A stretch of DNA of 63,676 bases, counting the filler, from Licmophora abbreviata (taxonomy: Eukaryota): assembly GCA_900291995.1 (NCBI GenBank). It is 9 parts of 9 records of this genome, joined end to end, with 100 filler letters (N's around TTAATTAATTAA, not from the genome) between each part and the next. Parts side by side here need not be neighbours in the genome. Positions count along the whole stretch, not along the records: positions 58,829 to 60,576 come from OLMU01004674.1; positions 60,677 to 63,676 come from OLMU01004678.1; 7 more parts are not named here. One strand, written 5' to 3'. Within the stretch, counting starts at the first letter, position 1. Each line of letters begins with the position of its first letter. Shown piece by piece: positions 59,587 through 63,676 of the stretch. The translations under genes and the position numbers were made by a program. Under the pieces are notes generated by a model. The model did no database searches, was not told where the DNA came from, and was given only the letters and a program-made list of their open reading frames with translations.

Positions 59587-60495
59587 CTACAACATGGTAA
59601 CTCGAAGCGAATGCTCTAGGCTTCGCCACAAGTAAATCTTCATTTCCACTTCCCTGGCCCGACTTTCTTCTTCATCGTCGTCATCCTCATCACTCCGTGC
59701 CTGTGACATATTGCTTCCTTTCAGCGTAGGGATTAGAAGGCTGTCTATTGCGGCTCGCTGTCGCCGGAGTAGCGAGTTCTTGTGCATCTGCAAATTACGC
59801 TCCATCTCGTCTAACTGTCGATCGACCTCGCCAAGCAACGTTCGAAACGAACGAGACACGTTTTGGAGTCGATCGGACGCCGCGTTTGCTCGCCTTCCCA
59901 ATAATCGTGCCACCAATGCCAACGAGTTACCCATGCGTGGCCCTGTTAAATGGGATCGTCCAGCCAAGCTGGCCTGACTCACCGAGTCGTACGGAGATCG
60001 AGGAGAGTACCAACTAGGAAGTCGATTGGATGGGCTTGTCCCCTTCAATAAATCATTCTGTCTGCTTGTTTCCATTCTTACCGCGTCAGCTACATGTTCG
60101 GCTTCGGCATAAATAGCGCCGAGGTGGAGCGCTTTCTGATGAGCTCGTTCCAGCCACGGCCGCTTCTCCAAAAAATCTCGTATCATGCTCCAAACCGACT
60201 CATCTAGAGATTCGGCGTAATTTGTGGAGCTGTCGCTGTAAAGAGACTGGAGAACTCTCAAGTGACATTCTAGAAATGGAGGCACGCTGCTGGCTTCCAG
60301 GGGCACGGCGACACGAGTCGTATCCTGCTGATGGTCGATGGAAACGTCGTCGTCAGCTTTGTCGTAACAAAGACGTTTTGACACGCGTGAAATTTCTCCA
60401 GCATCATCTCCTTTCTGTAGTCCAGTGCATCTTCCGTCATCGTCTACCCCTGTCGCTAGTTTGCGCTTGAGCATGGAGCTTCCGGGGTCCGTCAT
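59587..60495 (-). CDS. Hypothetical coiled-coil protein
   Basis: About 300-codon ORF with NLS-like LKRK and helical heptads; no family recognised. Confidence 0.5.
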   Translation of the reverse strand: MTDPGSSMLKRKLATGVDDDGRCTGLQKGDDAGEISRVSKRLCYDKADDDVSIDHQQDTTRVAVPLEASSVPPFLECHLRVLQSLYSDSSTNYAESLDESVWSMIRDFLEKRPWLERAHQKALHLGAIYAEAEHVADAVRMETSRQNDLLKGTSPSNRLPSWYSPRSPYDSVSQASLAGRSHLTGPRMGNSLALVARLLGRRANAASDRLQNVSRSFRTLLGEVDRQLDEMERNLQMHKNSLLRRQRAAIDSLLIPTLKGSNMSQARSDEDDDDEEESRAREVEMKIYLWRSLEHSLRVTML

Positions 60496-60576
60496 GGTCG
60501 AGCAAACACTGGTGATGATGACAATTGCAACAAGTCGCCATCGCGGTGCGGTGTCGTGGTCACAAGACAAAACCCA

Positions 60577-60676
60577 NNNNNNNNNNNNNNNNNNNNNNNN
60601 NNNNNNNNNNNNNNNNNNNNTTAATTAATTAANNNNNNNNNNNNNNNNNNNNNNNNNNNNNNNNNNNNNNNNNNNN
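60577..60676. other. Artificial 100-nt assembly spacer
   Basis: N-TTAATTAATTAA-N. Confidence 0.97.
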
Positions 60677-61005
60677 ATAGACAAGACGACTTGGACTCCT
60701 AATTCGAGATTGTCAGATGCAGGTTCGTCGCCGGCGCCGTGTTCACATCATGATCTCATCTTTCTCATCACAATTCTGGCGCGTCGCGCGACTTGCTCGC
60801 CAAGTGCGCGATGAGCCGGCGATGTTGCAGGCATACCGACAAATGAGCGTTCGAAATAGCAGAGCGGAGCTTGCGAGTGAATTCTAGTTGTAACTGCTAA
60901 GCTTTCTACTAGGAACCTCGCTCGCCATGATGAGAAGTCGCAGGCTGCCAAGCATATGGTCATCCAATTAGTAGCTTTACGATCGGTAGGTATACCCAGA
61001 CGTTC

Positions 61006-61578
61006 TTAGCTGAACGATCCCTTGCTTCCTAGATCACCGCTCGCCTTCTTGACGATTGTCTTGGTTTGCACCATCATATCTACCATTGCCCATAGCTGCC
61101 TTTCTTCCGGGCTCTTGCCAAATCCCGTCGTATCTTCTGTGAAATCGTCGGAGGAACCTCTATCACTACCCTCCGGCGCATTAGCATTTTCCATTGCCTT
61201 TGTTTTTGCGCTGGTTTGGATTCGATCGCCTACCACAATCAGGACTTGATCAAACAAGGCAGTGAATCGCTTTGGCGCACCGTCGGGCTTGGCGAGTTGC
61301 TGTGCAAAGAGCTCTGCGATACGTTTCCGTCGACTGTCGTCGGTAGGCTCCAATGATAGAGATATAATGAGATCATCCATTTCTTGAAATTCGGAAGGAG
61401 AAAACGAGTCTGGGGAATTTGTGGCTCGTGGAGAGAGAAGACCGGCATGTATTCGGCCTGGAGACGGTGCGAATTTCAACCTTGACGACGGTGCCAGCGT
61501 GAACGCCGTCGCCACTGACAAAAGTGACGCCAGAAGAAAAAAGGATCGACCAATAATGACTCTAGTTTCCTTCGCCAT
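61006..61578 (-). CDS. Plastid-targeted hypothetical protein
   Basis: Signal peptide ending ATA-FTL, a transit peptide and a helical mature part ending QLWAMVDMMVQTK. Confidence 0.65.
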   Translation of the reverse strand: MAKETRVIIGRSFFLLASLLSVATAFTLAPSSRLKFAPSPGRIHAGLLSPRATNSPDSFSPSEFQEMDDLIISLSLEPTDDSRRKRIAELFAQQLAKPDGAPKRFTALFDQVLIVVGDRIQTSAKTKAMENANAPEGSDRGSSDDFTEDTTGFGKSPEERQLWAMVDMMVQTKTIVKKASGDLGSKGSFS

Positions 61579-61924
61579 CGTGAGTACGTTCCATATGTTG
61601 ATCCACAAGGAGCATGCGGGCAGCTAACCGGCCGACGACAACACTCCGGGCGGCGCCTTGTGTCATGGTGAAGTGAAGAGAAAGCACAACATCACCACGA
61701 CGACGACCCCACCGGCCCATCAAATTTCAAATCCAAGGCGAGGTCCGAGGTCGTTCAAAGTCAAAATCGTCTCAGTTTGCGGCAATGACCGCGACTTGAG
61801 GTCGGCGCCGGTGACATCTCCATTAAGGTCGGAATAAAGGGACAAGTGCATGGTGCTGGTACCGGCTTACCGCATCCATACGCTCTAGTAGATCAGCAGC
61901 ATCGATTGCAGTTGATTGAAAGGC

Positions 61925-63532
61925 ATGAACGATATGATAATGAGTAGCATGTCGGGAGAGGAGTGGCCCGATGAGGCCGAAGACATGTACGATCGAGTCG
62001 ACATGTTAGGCAGAGGATCCTACGGCATCGTGTGGATGGCTCGTCGCGTCACTCCTTCTCCAGACGAAGATGAGTACGTCGCCATTAAAAACATTCACAT
62101 CAAGGAAGAAAAGAGTCGAATTTATGCTCTGCGCGAGATAAGCATCTTGTCGGAACTTAATCATCCCAACATTATTCACTTGATCCATCAGTTCCCCGTT
62201 TACCGATCGTCCCAGTTGGTTGTCACACAACTGGCGCGTGGACCGGACTTACAGTCTGTTGTTGCCAAGCGAGGAGCGCTTGGAATTCCCCTTTCGCGCC
62301 TCGTGTCACGCCATCTCATTGCGGCTGTCTCGTACATTCACGGCCATGCCGTCTTGCACCGTGATATCAAGCCGACCAACTGTATTTTGGAGAGCACGCG
62401 AGTTCGAGGTCAGAATGCGTATGACTGGTCGAGGGACGATTTGATATGGAGTGATGGTGCGGAAGCAGAGGCTGCTGTGTCGTCTAACAAGTGGAAAGTC
62501 ATGTTGATTGACTTCGGTTTCGCACGAGCACTGACTCGACAGGAACTTGACAGCCAGAAGGCCCCCATGCGTCAGTCCATTTTGAGGGAAATGGACCATT
62601 CTTTCGAGAGTATTGCCAGGCTAATGACGGAAGATATCAGTGATGATTCTGAATACAAGGACAGGAGCGACAGTCTGCGCCGTTCGTCGTTTCACCATCA
62701 TGACAAGAGTCGAGCATCCCGAGATTACGTCGACCAAGAGGCGACTCACTCAATATTCCTCTGGGATATCTCAAAAGGATCTCGATACATTAGAGGAAGA
62801 TGCACAACTGGACGAGAAGAAAGAAGAAATCGGCCGCACGATCCGGAGGCCTCGCAGCTTCGGTCGTCAGCAACCAAAACGTAAGAGTTCCACGCGGACG
62901 AAGCTTCGTTCAATGAGTGCACTTGGTACAAAGGCCTTTGCCGCTCCCGAAATCAAACACGATCTCCGGGCCAAGACCAAGGAGGACATTGACAATCAGC
63001 ACGAGGCACTCACACACTGCGTTGCGGACTACGGTATGATTGGTAAGTAGCTAATTTTTGGTTGGTGAAGTATGCATCAGCTTCGTTCAACTCTCACAAA
63101 AAATGTCGTCGTTCATCATACCCTTGTGCAGTCGACTCGTACTCGGTCGGATGGACGATGCGAGTGATAATGACTGGCGTTCCACCAAATTCTACGATCT
63201 CTGAGTATATGGAGAAAATGTCAACTCTCAAAGAGGATCTTGGCTGCTTCTGTTGTCCTGCGAAGCAAGATCCAACGCCCCGTCTAAATCTTCGTGATGT
63301 TGACCAGTTGCCGAGAATTGCAACGCATCTCATCTCGCAATTGACCGTGACAAGACCTGAAGACCGTATGACAGTCCGAGAGGCTCAGAATCATCCGTGG
63401 ATTCACGGGCGTAAGGATGAAAAACCGTACAAACTTCCAGAAGGCGACATCCCTTCCTGCCATGGCGATCCTGTGGTTCCGCTGAAGTGTGCTGGTTCTC
63501 TGCCGGCAGGATCTATAGTGGAAGAAGCTTAG
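61925..63532 (+). CDS. Ser/Thr protein kinase with very long activation-segment insert; apparent frameshift ~62690; intron 63043-63131
   Basis: GRGSYG, VAIK, HRDIKPTN and DFG; GTKAFAAPE lies in the next frame; V|DSYSVG and RMTVREAQNHPW. Confidence 0.85.
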
Positions 63533-63676
63533 CCGCAGATGAGCAACTCGACCAGCTATGCGAATAGAAATATCTGGCTACTAATTTTTAAGTAGACCAC
63601 TCGCAGTGTAGCAGATGAATGTATTCATGAAGCGGGCAATGTGTGCGGGCATGTTCAAAGTCGACCTGAGGGAGTC

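Noticed and set aside
60677..60963. Short ORF after the last spacer
   Set aside because: No ATG-led, motif-bearing frame could be supported.

Overview
Gene-dense eukaryotic nuclear DNA, most likely from a diatom. The evidence is short GT-AG introns, signal-peptide-plus-ASAF-type bipartite plastid presequences, an Lhcr-type fucoxanthin-chlorophyll antenna gene and a nuclear-encoded psbM. The species cannot be identified from the sequence. About 37 protein-coding genes are present, split by eight artificial 100-nt N/TTAATTAATTAA spacers. Recognisable genes include lysA, an intronless TERT (the first spacer closes by a 16-nt overlap, giving about 1076 aa), PRMT10, RPN6, a cap 2'-O-methyltransferase, a bestrophin, Lhcr, psbM, a YqeH-type GTPase, dynein LC8, a phage-type mitochondrial RNA polymerase, a papain-family protease, FIGNL1, SLC4, DBR1, RRN3, a lumenal FKBP, LarB, adenylate kinase and the 3' part of SF3B1. 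The most unusual observations are: (1) a GNAT/beta-trefoil/catalytically dead MIOX fusion; (2) a head-to-head pair of small acidic plastid-targeted proteins sharing a C-x-x-P...DVMxFLGxxRA motif; (3) an organelle-targeted LarB (nickel-pincer cofactor pathway); (4) a degenerate-SNF2/C2H2/AP2/FHA regulator; (5) a structured non-coding block directly behind TERT and a separate 13-nt telomere-template-like motif; (6) a recurrent promoter motif ACTCGACTC. All calls come from reading motifs by eye; no searches were run. I could not support any tRNA, rRNA, CRISPR array or intact transposon.
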